Assembly (NCBI GenBank): GCA_947473305.1
Contig: CANJCB010000010.1
Coordinates: forward strand, 25,967 to 89,966
DNA: 64,000 bases
Direction: 5' to 3'
Origin: Rhodospirillales bacterium
GTDB lineage: Bacteria; Pseudomonadota; Alphaproteobacteria; ATCC43930; CGMCC-115725
Positions 44,888-54,818 of this stretch are shown one piece after another. Within the stretch, counting starts at the first letter, position 1. Each line of letters opens with the position of its first letter. Made by a program: the position numbers and the translations under genes. Below the pieces are notes generated by a model. The model was not told the origin of the DNA. It saw only the letters and a program-made list of their open reading frames with translations, and ran no database searches.

Positions 44888-46660
44888 TTGAGTAAAACGA
44901 TTGCCGATCGCCGCCATGGCGTCGGCAGCGGAAATTTGGTTTACTCGCCGCGACGATGGGTTCGCCCTGGAGAGCGGTATGGCGCAGGCAAGCGGGGGCG
45001 GAGTGCAGTGATTCCGAGCGAAGGCGCCGAGCGGTCGGCTGAGTTCTCGGAGGGGCCTGCGGATGGCGCCCATGATGAATTCGTGGCGCTGGCTTTCACC
45101 GCGGCCGATCTCCTGGTGGAAATCGAGCGGACCGGGCGAATAACTTTCCTGGCGGGGCCATCTCTCGGATTGGGAGGGACGACGACCGACCAGCTGCTGG
45201 GCCATTCCTTTCCCGATCTGGTGGCGAAAGTCGACCGGGGGACAGTTGAAAACCTCCTATCCCGCATCGAGCAGGGAGAGGCGATCAAGCCGGTAGGGGT
45301 CGGTCTTCATCGCGGCGGCGGGTCGGCCACGGTATTCGGCGGCTGCCGGCTGCCCAATGGCCGTCTTATCCTGTTCCTGGCGTTGTCGGGAAAGGAACGC
45401 CCCCAGGGTGCGCCGGTTCAGGAAATCGCCGCCGGACTGATGCCACGCGGGGAATTTCAGAAAATCGCGATGGACCGCCTGCGGGAAAGTTCCGCGGGAG
45501 TCCATCGGCTGACTTTCATCGCCATCGAAGGTCTGGCCGCCTTTCGCCAGCGCATCGGTGTCGCCGGCGGTCGGACGCTGTTGGCGGCGGTCGCACGGCA
45601 GGTCGTTGTCAACGGCGAAGGGGTGGAGGCGGCTGGTGAGATCGGGGAGGGGCGCTATGGCCTTCTTCATACCGGCCCGGTCGATACCGGGAGTCTGCGC
45701 GGGGCCGTGAAGGCATTGGCCCGGGCGCTCGATCCCGAGGGGCCGGATCTGAGGCTCAGCACGGCGACCATCGATCTGGACCGAGGCGAATTGAGCGACG
45801 GAGACGCGGCGCGCGCGGTGCTCTATGCCGTCGATCAGTTCGCGGGTCAGGGGAGCGGCGTCCCACCCTTGGCGGGGGCCGGGGTAGGCGGCGATCTCTC
45901 CGGGGACGATTTGCTGGGTGGGTTCTTCGCCGCGGCCGCCATTCGCGTGTCCAGGCTTCGGAATACCTTGCAAATGGGCGCCTTCGATGTCGCCTTCCAG
46001 CCGATCGTCGATCTGGCAACCCGGCAGGTGAAGCACAGCGAGGCGCTCGCGCGGTTCCCTGGCACCACTTCGCCGATCGAAACCATCTCCTTCGCCGAGG
46101 ATGTCGGCCTTATTGCTGAATTCGACCTCGCGGTTTGTACCCGGGTGATCCGCCATCTGGCGGCCGCGGCGCCCGAGCATCCGCCTGTAGCGGTTAATTT
46201 GTCAGGCCGTTCGCTCGAAAACCCCCGTTTCGTCGCTGCTTTGACCAGGCTCCTGGCGCCTCATGGGGATCTTGCGGGCCAGTTGCTGTTCGAGCTTACG
46301 GAATCGGCGATCATCACCCAGATGAATGCGGTTGACGATGCGATCCAGGGCTTGCGTCTCAAGGGCTATAAATTTTGCCTGGACGATTTCGGAGCGGGAG
46401 GTAACTCCTTCCATTACTTGAGAAGCTTCGCGGTCGACTTCGTTAAGATCGACGGCTATTTCGGCCACGCGGCCTTGAACAATCAGAGGGACCGTTCCTT
46501 CCTTCGTTACGTGTCCGGTTTTTGCAGGGAGAACGGCGTGATCACCATCGCGGAAATGATCGAAACGGAGGAGCATGCCGAGAGTTTCCGCGCTCTCGAT
46601 ATCGATTTCGGGCAAGGCTATCTCTTCGGCGAGCCTCGTATTGAATTGTCAAGATCATAA
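44888..46660 (+). CDS. EAL-domain c-di-GMP phosphodiesterase with a PAS-like N-terminus and a degenerate GGDEF-like middle domain
   Basis: 590 aa. TTG start preceded by AAGGAGG at 9-nt spacing (a GTG at 45008 is the alternative). EAL motifs SEALARF, FELTES, CLDDFGAGGNS, VKIDG, EMIETEE, GQGYLFG. The GGDEF position reads GEGRY. Confidence 0.8.
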   Translation: MSKTIADRRHGVGSGNLVYSPRRWVRPGERYGAGKRGRSAVIPSEGAERSAEFSEGPADGAHDEFVALAFTAADLLVEIERTGRITFLAGPSLGLGGTTTDQLLGHSFPDLVAKVDRGTVENLLSRIEQGEAIKPVGVGLHRGGGSATVFGGCRLPNGRLILFLALSGKERPQGAPVQEIAAGLMPRGEFQKIAMDRLRESSAGVHRLTFIAIEGLAAFRQRIGVAGGRTLLAAVARQVVVNGEGVEAAGEIGEGRYGLLHTGPVDTGSLRGAVKALARALDPEGPDLRLSTATIDLDRGELSDGDAARAVLYAVDQFAGQGSGVPPLAGAGVGGDLSGDDLLGGFFAAAAIRVSRLRNTLQMGAFDVAFQPIVDLATRQVKHSEALARFPGTTSPIETISFAEDVGLIAEFDLAVCTRVIRHLAAAAPEHPPVAVNLSGRSLENPRFVAALTRLLAPHGDLAGQLLFELTESAIITQMNAVDDAIQGLRLKGYKFCLDDFGAGGNSFHYLRSFAVDFVKIDGYFGHAALNNQRDRSFLRYVSGFCRENGVITIAEMIETEEHAESFRALDIDFGQGYLFGEPRIELSRS

Positions 46661-47008
46661 GATAACTCATTATAAATTAATGAAAATTCCTACTTACGAT
46701 TGATATTCGAATAATTGAATCAAATCTTTTCATACCGCACTGCAAAACCGTCTTGCCATCATGTAACTGACTCGTTACGTTCGCTCTTGGGAGTGAGAAG
46801 CGAAGGGTAGAAGGATCGTCAGGTCTAGCCCCCTAGGGCTATGTGGCACGGAAGGCAGTTCCGCGCCGCTATAAAGACCGGTATCCTTGGAGCTTTCATT
46901 TCTGCAGGGTGTCCCCCAGGGGGCCGCGAAGATAGCCGGTGCGCTTGGCTCGATCGAGCAAGCCGGAGTGTGGAAACTTTTGGACGCGGAGGGGCATTGA
47001 TCGAGCAA

Positions 47009-48310
47009 ATGAGAAAGATCGGGGACAGATTGTTCCCCGAGCGTCAGATTTTGGTGCGCTCACGGGGACAAGTCTCCTGCTGGACGATCTCTCAGGGATT
47101 GCAATGCACGGTAGCGACCTCCCTGGTCGTGCTCACGCTCACGGTGGGCTATCTTGCCGTGGGCTACGTCCGCGTCGGCCATGTGGCGCGCGTCAAGGTT
47201 GCGGAGATCGCCCAGGTCGAAACCTCGAATTCGAATCTTCGCGATGCGATCCAGCGGCTTGAGCGGAAGCTCGGCCTTGCCCAGGCGACGACCGATCTCA
47301 AATCGACCGATCTGGCGTTGCTTTCGGACAGCCTTGAGACCAGCCACAACGAATTGGTGCGCAGCCAGGCTCAGCGTACAATTCTACAGGCGCGGCTCGA
47401 TCAGCTAGAGGCGGAGCTGAAGACCCAAACCGGCAAATTCAAATCGAATCTCGATACGGCCGAACGCAAGGCGAAAGATCTCGTCGGCGAGCGTGACAAG
47501 GCCTTGGCCGAACGCGAAAGGCACAATGCCGAGCGTGAAAAGCTCACCGGCCGGATCGCCGAGCTCGAAACCAAGCTGAAACAGACCCTAGCGCTCGCCC
47601 AGAAGGCGCAGCAGCAGGCGAAGAACGAGCCCGCGGCTCAGCCCGCGCCGGAGCAACAGGCCCAGGCGAAGACCCCTCTGACATCCAAGCAGGCTTCTTC
47701 CGGAGGCTGGGGGCTTGGCGATATCGAGCATATGCTCGTGACGGCCGGGGTCGACATGGACAAGCTCCTCGACAAGATGAGCCTGCCCGCCGGTCAAGGC
47801 GGTCCCTTCGTGGCGCTCGGCAAGAACGCCAAGTTGGGACCCACTGCTTCCGATGCGGAGCGTGCGGATACCCTGCAGAAGCTGATCAAGGTCCTGCCTC
47901 TGTCGGCGCCCGTGCCGCATTATCAGTTCGAGAGCTCTTTCGGGACGCGGACCGATCCGATCAATCACAAGCAATCCTATCATAGTGGCGTTGACCTCTC
48001 GGCTCCCTTCAAGTCGCCGATCTACAACACCGCGCCCGGGACCGTGACCTTCACCGGGATGAAGGACGCCTATGGTCGTGTCGTCGAGATCGACCACGGC
48101 ATGGGCATCGTGACGCGTTATGCCCATCTTCACCGCATCATGGTGGTGCGTGGTCAGAAGTTGAGCGCTCATCAGCAGATCGCCCAGCTTGGCAGCAGCG
48201 GGCGCAGCACCGGCCCTCATGTGCACTACGAGATCCTGCTGAACGGCACGGCGGTCGATCCCGAAAAGTTTCTTGAGGCCGGCAAGAGTGTTCAAGTCAG
48301 CGTCAAGTAA
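47009..48310 (+). CDS. M23 (LytM-type) metallopeptidase with N-terminal membrane anchor and coiled coil
   Basis: ORF 46841..48310, start moved to ATG 47009 (MRKIGDRLF...). TM segment VATSLVVLTLTVGYLAVGYV, a long heptad-rich region, and catalytic HSGVD (HxxxD) and HVHYEI (HxH). Confidence 0.85.
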   Translation: MRKIGDRLFPERQILVRSRGQVSCWTISQGLQCTVATSLVVLTLTVGYLAVGYVRVGHVARVKVAEIAQVETSNSNLRDAIQRLERKLGLAQATTDLKSTDLALLSDSLETSHNELVRSQAQRTILQARLDQLEAELKTQTGKFKSNLDTAERKAKDLVGERDKALAERERHNAEREKLTGRIAELETKLKQTLALAQKAQQQAKNEPAAQPAPEQQAQAKTPLTSKQASSGGWGLGDIEHMLVTAGVDMDKLLDKMSLPAGQGGPFVALGKNAKLGPTASDAERADTLQKLIKVLPLSAPVPHYQFESSFGTRTDPINHKQSYHSGVDLSAPFKSPIYNTAPGTVTFTGMKDAYGRVVEIDHGMGIVTRYAHLHRIMVVRGQKLSAHQQIAQLGSSGRSTGPHVHYEILLNGTAVDPEKFLEAGKSVQVSVK

Positions 48311-48713
48311 GTCCGCCGCGAAAGCCCCCACCATCCTCAGCGAGGGGGTGACGGTCACCGGTGAGATCATCAGTGATGGCGAAGTCCTGATAACCGGCAT
48401 CGTCAACGGGGATATCAGCGCCAAGAGCCTGACCATCGGGCTGGGCGGATCGGTAGACGGCACCGTCACCGCCGAAGTCATTACGGTCGCGGGTTCGTTG
48501 AGCGGCCGCCTGATGGGCGGGGCCGTAACGCTGACGCCCACGGCCAAGGTGACCGCGGAAGTTATCCAGGATTCCCTGACGATCGAGCCCGGCGCTCACT
48601 TGGAAGGCGCCTCCCGCCGGCCCGAGCCCGCGACGGACCAACTGCTGCTCGGCGGCTCCGGATCCGACGACGGCGTTCTGCTGCTCGAAAAGAGCCAGCG
48701 CCGGCCGCGTTAG
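48288..48713 (+). CDS. bactofilin-family cytoskeletal protein
   Basis: ORF 48273..48713. A GTG at 48288 with GAGG 9 nt upstream gives MFKSASSKS... A beta-helical repeat core follows (GEIISDGEVLITGIVNGDISAKSLTIGLGGSVDGTVTAEVITVAG...). Overlaps the M23 gene 3' end by ~23 nt. Confidence 0.8.
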   Translation: MFKSASSKSAAKAPTILSEGVTVTGEIISDGEVLITGIVNGDISAKSLTIGLGGSVDGTVTAEVITVAGSLSGRLMGGAVTLTPTAKVTAEVIQDSLTIEPGAHLEGASRRPEPATDQLLLGGSGSDDGVLLLEKSQRRPR

Positions 48714-48801
48714 CATCGGCATTTCTCCCGCATTGTTTGAACGCGCCCGCACGCCTATCATCTTGGCCCCGCGCCCCTAGCGATTCTCGAAAGGTCCTGC
48801 C

Positions 48802-50661
48802 ATGCCCGCCTATCGTTCCCGCACCAGCACCCATGGCCGCAACATGGCCGGCGCCCGCGGCCTCTGGCGCGCCACCGGCATGACGGACCAGGATTTCGGC
48901 AAGCCGATCATCGCGATCGCGAATTCCTTCACCCAATTCGTGCCAGGCCATGTGCATCTGAAGGACCTGGGCCAGCTCGTCGCGCGGGAAATCGAGCAGG
49001 CGGGCGGCGTCGCCAAGGAATTCAATACCATCGCCATCGACGACGGCATCGCCATGGGCCATGGCGGAATGCTTTATAGCCTGCCGTCCCGCGAGCTTAT
49101 CGCCGACGCGGTCGAATATATGGTCAACGGCCATTGTGCCGACGCCCTGGTCTGCATCTCCAATTGCGACAAGATCACGCCCGGCATGCTGATGGCGGCG
49201 ATGCGGCTCAACATCCCGGTGGTTTTCGTCTCCGGCGGCCCGATGGAGGCCGGCAAGATCGTCAAGGGCAACACGATCCGCGCCGTCGATCTGATCGACG
49301 CCATGGTGGCTGCTGGCGATAGCCGGGTCAGCGACGAAGAAGCCCTGGAAATGGAGCGGTCGTCCTGTCCGACCTGCGGATCCTGCTCCGGCATGTTCAC
49401 CGCTAATTCGATGAACTGCCTGACGGAGGCCCTGGGGCTCTCGCTTCCCGGGAATGGCACGGTCGTGGCAACCCATTCCGACCGGCGGCGGCTTTTCGTC
49501 GAGGCGGGCTGGCTCGTCGTCGATCTCGCCAAGCGCTGGTACGAACAGGACGATGCGAGCGTGCTGCCGCGCAGCATCGCGAATTTCGCCGCCTTCGAGA
49601 ATGCCATGACCCTCGATATCGCCATGGGCGGATCGACGAATACGGTGCTGCATCTCCTGGCCGCAGCCCAGGAAGGCGAAGTCGATTTCACCATGAAGGA
49701 CATCGACAGGCTGTCCCGCAAGGTGCCGAACCTCTGCAAGGTCGCGCCCGCCGTGCCGGACGTTCATGTGGAGGACATCCATAGGGCCGGTGGCGTGATG
49801 CGGATCCTTGGCGAACTCGACCGGGCCGGGCTTATTCACAAGTCGGTCAGCACGGTTCATGCGGCCACCCTCGGCGACGCGCTCGCGCGCTGGGACGTGA
49901 CCCGGGTCGGTGACGACAGCAAGGTCAAGACCTTCTTCATGGCGGCCCCCGGCGGTGTCCGCACCATCGAGGCGTTCAGCCAGTCCAACCGTTACGAAAG
50001 CCTCGATATCGATCCCGCGCGCGGCGTCGTTCGCGATATCGGGCATGCCTTCAGCCAGGACGGGGGCCTCGCGGTTCTCTACGGCAATATCGCGCTTGAG
50101 GGCTGCATCGTGAAAACCGCCGGCGTCGATGCCTCGAACCTCGTTTTCAGCGGTCCTGCCCGGATCTTCGAGAGCCAGGATTCCGCCGTGGATGCCATCC
50201 TCGGCGATCAGATCAAGGCCGGCGACGTGGTCCTGATCCGCTACGAAGGTCCCAAGGGGGGGCCCGGCATGCAAGAAATGCTCTATCCGACGAGCTATCT
50301 CAAATCGAAGGAATTGGGCAAGGTTTGCGCCCTGATCACCGACGGGCGCTTCTCGGGCGGCACTTCGGGCCTCTCGATCGGTCATGCCTCGCCCGAGGCG
50401 GCGGAGGGCGGGGCGATCGGGCTCGTTGAGGAAGGGGACACGATCGAAATCGATATCCCGAACCGCTCGATCCGGGTCGCTTTGAGCGATGAGGAACTCG
50501 CGCATCGCCGGGCCAAGATGGAGGCCAAGGGCGCCGATGCCTGGTTGCCCCTGAACCGGGATCGCGTGGTCTCGCCGGCGCTCCAGGCTTATGCCGCGCT
50601 GACAACCAGCGCCGCCCGGGGCGCGGTCCGCGACGTGACCCAGGTGCAAAAGCGCCGCTAG
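48802..50661 (+). CDS. ilvD: dihydroxy-acid dehydratase
   Basis: 619 aa. [37 protein letters not shown], and a C-terminal SGGTSG block. Confidence 0.95.
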   Translation: MPAYRSRTSTHGRNMAGARGLWRATGMTDQDFGKPIIAIANSFTQFVPGHVHLKDLGQLVAREIEQAGGVAKEFNTIAIDDGIAMGHGGMLYSLPSRELIADAVEYMVNGHCADALVCISNCDKITPGMLMAAMRLNIPVVFVSGGPMEAGKIVKGNTIRAVDLIDAMVAAGDSRVSDEEALEMERSSCPTCGSCSGMFTANSMNCLTEALGLSLPGNGTVVATHSDRRRLFVEAGWLVVDLAKRWYEQDDASVLPRSIANFAAFENAMTLDIAMGGSTNTVLHLLAAAQEGEVDFTMKDIDRLSRKVPNLCKVAPAVPDVHVEDIHRAGGVMRILGELDRAGLIHKSVSTVHAATLGDALARWDVTRVGDDSKVKTFFMAAPGGVRTIEAFSQSNRYESLDIDPARGVVRDIGHAFSQDGGLAVLYGNIALEGCIVKTAGVDASNLVFSGPARIFESQDSAVDAILGDQIKAGDVVLIRYEGPKGGPGMQEMLYPTSYLKSKELGKVCALITDGRFSGGTSGLSIGHASPEAAEGGAIGLVEEGDTIEIDIPNRSIRVALSDEELAHRRAKMEAKGADAWLPLNRDRVVSPALQAYAALTTSAARGAVRDVTQVQKRR

Positions 50662-50687
50662 AGCGATTTCCATCTTGATGGAAACGC
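50658..50687. repeat. palindromic REP-like unit, copy A (CTAGAGCGATTTCCATC-TT-GATGGAAACGC)
   Basis: Imperfect hairpin that starts on the ilvD stop codon. Shares the CTAGAGCGATT(T)CCA core with 50729..50779. Confidence 0.55.
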
Positions 50688-50728
50688 GACAGCCGAAGCG
50701 GCGCTTGAGCGGCCGGAGGCCCTATTAC

Positions 50729-50779
50729 CTAGAGCGATTCCACGTGAGTGGAAATCGCTGTGAGTGGAAATCGCTCTAG
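50729..50779. repeat. palindromic REP-like unit, copy B, with internal direct repeat
   Basis: CTAGAGCGATTCCAC GTGAG TGGAAATCGCT GTGAG TGGAAATCGCTCTAG. The outer arms are complementary and GTGAGTGGAAATCGCT is duplicated. Ends 4 nt before the convergent dehydratase stop. Confidence 0.6.
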
Positions 50780-50782
50780 GAC

Positions 50783-51775
50783 CTAGGTCGCGCTCTTAAG
50801 GGCGGTGATGAAGGTCTCCGGATCGACGTTGCCGCCCGAAGCCAGCACGCAGACAACCCGGCCTGTCACGGGAAGCTGCCCGTTCAGAACGCAGGCAAGG
50901 GCGACCGCCCCGCCGGGTTCCACCACCAGCTTATATTCCTGGAAGGCGAAGGCCATGGCGCGGCGCACTTCGTCGTCTGTCGCCACAAGACCGCCCGCGA
51001 GAAGCCGCTTGTTGACGGCGAAGGTCAGCACGCCCGGCGTCGCCGCGAGAAGGGCGTCGCAGATCGAATATTTTCCGGGTTCGTTGCTGACGCGCTCGCC
51101 CGCAGCCAGGGATCGGCTCATATCCTCGAAACCGGCGGGTTCGGCGGTATAGACCTGGGTTTCGGGCGAGACGGCTTCGAGTGCCAGTGCGCTGCCGGCC
51201 GCCAATCCGCCGCCGCTGCAATTGACGGCGAAGGCATCGAAATGGACACCGATGGCAGCGGCCTGCCTTGCGGCTTCCAGCGCCGCAGTGCCTTGGCCGG
51301 CCATCACCCGCGGATCGTCATAGGGCGGGATCACATGGAGGCCGCGCTCGCCTGCGATCTTGGCGCTGACGGCCTCGCGATCCTCCTTGTAACGGTCATA
51401 GAGGACGACCTCCGCGCCATAGGCCCGGGTATTGGCGACCTTCAGCGCCGGCGCATCGGCGGGCATCACGATCGTCGCCGGAATGCCGAGAAGCTCAGCC
51501 GCATGGGCCACGCCCTGGGCGTGATTGCCGGAGGAGAAAGCGACGACGCCCCGGCGTCGCGTTTCGGCATCGAGCTGAGACAAGGCGTTATAAGCGCCTC
51601 GGAATTTGAAGGAGCCGGTGCGCTGTAAGGCCTCCGCTTTGATAAAAAGGCGGCCGCCAAGTTTCCGGTTCGCGAGAGGCGATTCCAGAAGAGGCGTCAC
51701 CACCGCGTGACCCTGAAGACGCGCCGCCGCGGCTTCGACCGCCTTGAAGTCGGGGAGGGGAAGGGTATCCGCCAT
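50783..51775 (-). CDS. PLP-dependent threonine/serine dehydratase (threonine ammonia-lyase, short form without regulatory domain)
   Basis: ORF 50783..51967, start moved to MADTLPLPDF... by residue counting. Lys motif GSFKFRGA and glycine loop SSGNHAQG. Confidence 0.85.
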   Translation of the reverse strand: MADTLPLPDFKAVEAAAARLQGHAVVTPLLESPLANRKLGGRLFIKAEALQRTGSFKFRGAYNALSQLDAETRRRGVVAFSSGNHAQGVAHAAELLGIPATIVMPADAPALKVANTRAYGAEVVLYDRYKEDREAVSAKIAGERGLHVIPPYDDPRVMAGQGTAALEAARQAAAIGVHFDAFAVNCSGGGLAAGSALALEAVSPETQVYTAEPAGFEDMSRSLAAGERVSNEPGKYSICDALLAATPGVLTFAVNKRLLAGGLVATDDEVRRAMAFAFQEYKLVVEPGGAVALACVLNGQLPVTGRVVCVLASGGNVDPETFITALKSAT

Positions 51776-51783
51776 GTCGGCCT

Positions 51784-53730
51784 CTAGCGCTTCAAGTCGC
51801 TCGGCAGGGAAAACGCCAATTTGTGGTCGCCGAGGCGCAGCCGGTAGACCTGCAGGTTTTCCAGCACCCTCTGCACATAGTTCCGGGTCTCGCCGAAGGG
51901 AATGTTCTCGACCCAATCGACCACATCCACGCCCTTGGTTCGGGGATCGCCGAAGTCGCGCACCCATTGGCGGACACGGGCGGGGCCTGCGTTATAGGCC
52001 GCGACCGACAGGACATAAGAGCCCGAGAAACTGTCGAGAAGACCACCGAGATAGGCCTTGCCGAGAGTCAGATTATAGTGCGCATCGCTGAGCAGGCGGC
52101 TCGCCGAATAGGGGACTTGGATTTCGCGGGCCACCTGGCTTGCGGTGCCGGGCATCAATTGCATCATCCCCATGGCACCGGCCTTGCTGACGGCCTCTCG
52201 GTCGAAGGCACTCTCCTGGCGGGTCATCGCAAGGACGAGCGGACGTTCGACGGGGCCACCCTCCGGCACCTCAGTGAGCGGATATCCCGCCGCCAGCAGG
52301 GTCACACCGTCGTAGCTCGCCCGCTTGGCGGCCGAAACCGCCAAGTCAAAACGGTCGAGCGAGGTGGCGAGCGAAGCGGTGAGCATATGCTCCGCAGGGG
52401 TCTTCGACTTCTCGCTGACCCGATCGACGAAGAGCTTGAGAAGGTCCTTCGCGCCGATCTCATTCAGGTCGCGGACGACGCGGACCAGCTCCTGCTTGTT
52501 GAAGGCGGCGATCTCGTCGGGCCGGGGCTTGGGTTCGGCGGGGCGGACAAGGGGGCTGCTCAATTGCTCGGAGGCGAGTTGCCCGTAATAGGTCGTCGTG
52601 TTCTCCGCCGCCTTCGAAAACCAGGTTTGGGCAAGCGCCTGCTTGTTCATCTGGGTCGCGGCGCGTCCTGCCCAATAGGCGCCGCGCGCGACGCTTACGG
52701 GGAATTTCACACCTTCATGAAGTCGGACGAAGTGATCGTAGGCGGTTGCGGGATCGTTCAGGAACCGCAGGGCGATCCAACCGGCGAGGAACTCGGCATC
52801 CGCGTAGCTCTGCCCCTCTTTCAGCCCGTGGCGGGCGACGAGCTTATAGGCAAGCGCCGCCTTGTTATCCGCGAGAACCCGCCTGGCAATGATCTGGCGC
52901 TCGTTCCACCAGGCAGCTGGCCGGACGAGATCGGCGGGCGCGTTCTGCAGGATTTCCAGCGCGCCCTCATAGGCTTCCTTGTGACGCCGCCAGCGCAGGC
53001 GCTCGTAAAGGAGTCCGGGATCGTTCTGGAGATTGCCGGGCACCTTTGCGACGAGTTTTTCGACGCCTGGCGCGGAATGGGCGAGTTTTACCCGGGCATC
53101 CGCCAGGAGGCGGTAATCGGGCGCCACGCGCGCCAGCATGCGCTTGATCGCTTCGCCTTGATCGTCCCAGACCACACGATCTAGGCGCCGCACGTGATCG
53201 GCGCTGCGGATCACCGAGCCGAAGCGCTGGAGAAAGGTCTTTTCCTCATAGGCGCTGAAATCGGTGTTCACCCAGACGTCGCGGATGAGGGTGTAGCCCT
53301 CCTCCTGCCTGCCGGCGTTCATGGCAAGTTCGGCTTTGCGCAGCTTGCCCCAGGCGCTGACCGCGCTGTGCTCGGCGAACCAAGCGGCGAGTTGCGCGTC
53401 GGGAACACCCGCGCTCGCTTCCTCGGCCCGTTGGCGCAGGAGTTTCTGGCGCGGCCAGTCGGGATTTGCCTGCACGAAGGCGGCGATATCGGCGAATTTT
53501 CCCCCCGTACCCGCACGGGTGAAGTCGAGCCAGCGCAGGACTTTCTGGGGCAGGGGGTCGCGCGCCTGGAGGGCGTTCTGCCAGGCAGCATCCCAATTCC
53601 CAGATTTCGCCGCGGCGAAAGCGTCGCGATAGAGACGACGGTCGTTGTCCGAAAGCTGCTGCGCCTGAAGCGGCGAGAAGCTCAAGAGAAGAAGCGGGAA
53701 AAAAAGTACAAGCCAGAAGAAACGCTTCAC
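51784..53730 (-). CDS. slt: soluble lytic murein transglycosylase (Slt70-like)
   Basis: 648 aa. Signal peptide, a long superhelical repeat region, and a C-terminal SLT domain with RQESAFD and MGMMQLMP. Confidence 0.9.
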   Translation of the reverse strand: MKRFFWLVLFFPLLLLSFSPLQAQQLSDNDRRLYRDAFAAAKSGNWDAAWQNALQARDPLPQKVLRWLDFTRAGTGGKFADIAAFVQANPDWPRQKLLRQRAEEASAGVPDAQLAAWFAEHSAVSAWGKLRKAELAMNAGRQEEGYTLIRDVWVNTDFSAYEEKTFLQRFGSVIRSADHVRRLDRVVWDDQGEAIKRMLARVAPDYRLLADARVKLAHSAPGVEKLVAKVPGNLQNDPGLLYERLRWRRHKEAYEGALEILQNAPADLVRPAAWWNERQIIARRVLADNKAALAYKLVARHGLKEGQSYADAEFLAGWIALRFLNDPATAYDHFVRLHEGVKFPVSVARGAYWAGRAATQMNKQALAQTWFSKAAENTTTYYGQLASEQLSSPLVRPAEPKPRPDEIAAFNKQELVRVVRDLNEIGAKDLLKLFVDRVSEKSKTPAEHMLTASLATSLDRFDLAVSAAKRASYDGVTLLAAGYPLTEVPEGGPVERPLVLAMTRQESAFDREAVSKAGAMGMMQLMPGTASQVAREIQVPYSASRLLSDAHYNLTLGKAYLGGLLDSFSGSYVLSVAAYNAGPARVRQWVRDFGDPRTKGVDVVDWVENIPFGETRNYVQRVLENLQVYRLRLGDHKLAFSLPSDLKR

Positions 53731-53938
53731 GCCGTCGACCCCCCAGGACTAAAACCCGGTCTTCGAACCATTCAACGACTATTTCTTACGATGGGTTGGT
53801 TCCCAAGACAAGGCGAACTACCATATTTAGAGAAATCGTCAGGTCGCGACTCGGATCTGCAGCTCTGTTGCCGCATCAGGGCGATCAGTTTATGGTCCGG
53901 ACTTTAAAGGTTGGCTGAAGCCAACTCGGGAGGCGAAT

Positions 53939-54814
53939 ATGTTCAAAGGCTCGCTCGTCGCACTGATCACGCCGTTTCGCGACGGCACCCTCGACGAGAA
54001 AGCGTTCCAGGAATTCGTCGAATGGCAGATCGGCGAAGGGACCCAGGGCCTCATTCCCTGCGGTACGACCGGCGAATCCCCGACCTTGAGCCATGCCGAG
54101 CACAAACGGGTCGTAGAGCTTTGCGTCGAAGCCGCGCGCGGGCGGGTGTCCATCATCGCGGGGACCGGCTCCAATTCCACCGCCGAGGCGATCGAACTCA
54201 CCAAACATGCGAAAGAGGCCGGCGCCGACGCGGCCCTGGTGGTCTGCCCCTATTACAACAAGCCGACGCAGGAAGGCCTTTATCAGCATTACAAGGCGAT
54301 CAACGACGCCGTCGATCTGCCTGTCATCATCTATAATATCCCCGGCCGGAGCGTCGTCGACATGAGCGTGGCCACCATGGCTCGCTTGGCGCAGCTCGAC
54401 CACATCGTGGGCGTCAAGGACGCGACCAACGATCTCGTGCGTCCGCTTCGCACAAAGGCCGCCATCGGCAAGGGTTTCTGCCAACTTTCCGGCGAGGATG
54501 CGACGGCAGTGGCTTTCCTTGCCCAGGGTGGGGATGGCTGTATCTCCGTGACGGCGAATGTGGCGCCCAAGGCCTGCGCGGAGATGCATGCGGCCTGGCA
54601 GCGTGGCGACGTCGAGACGACCATGGCGATCAACGAGCGTCTGCTGCCGCTGCATGACGCGCTTTTCACCGAAACGAGTCCCGCGCCAGTGAAATACGCG
54701 GCGTCGCTGCTCGGCAAGTCGATGTCGACGGTCCGCCTGCCGCTCTGCGCCATCGCGCCGGAGACCGAGGCCAAGGTCCAATCGGCGATGCGGTTCGCCG
54801 GCATCCTCAACTAA
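53939..54814 (+). CDS. dapA: 4-hydroxy-tetrahydrodipicolinate synthase
   Basis: 291 aa. [22 protein letters not shown], and GVKDA with the catalytic Lys. Confidence 0.95.
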   Translation: MFKGSLVALITPFRDGTLDEKAFQEFVEWQIGEGTQGLIPCGTTGESPTLSHAEHKRVVELCVEAARGRVSIIAGTGSNSTAEAIELTKHAKEAGADAALVVCPYYNKPTQEGLYQHYKAINDAVDLPVIIYNIPGRSVVDMSVATMARLAQLDHIVGVKDATNDLVRPLRTKAAIGKGFCQLSGEDATAVAFLAQGGDGCISVTANVAPKACAEMHAAWQRGDVETTMAINERLLPLHDALFTETSPAPVKYAASLLGKSMSTVRLPLCAIAPETEAKVQSAMRFAGILN

Positions 54815-54818
54815 TCGC

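Noticed and set aside
48562-50673. 703-aa ORF antisense to ilvD
   Set aside because: Shadow ORF opposite an unmistakable dihydroxy-acid dehydratase.
51823-53184. 453-aa ORF antisense to slt, and 60638..61921 (427 aa) antisense to acpS/lepB
   Set aside because: Shadow ORFs opposite conserved housekeeping genes. No motifs are recognisable.
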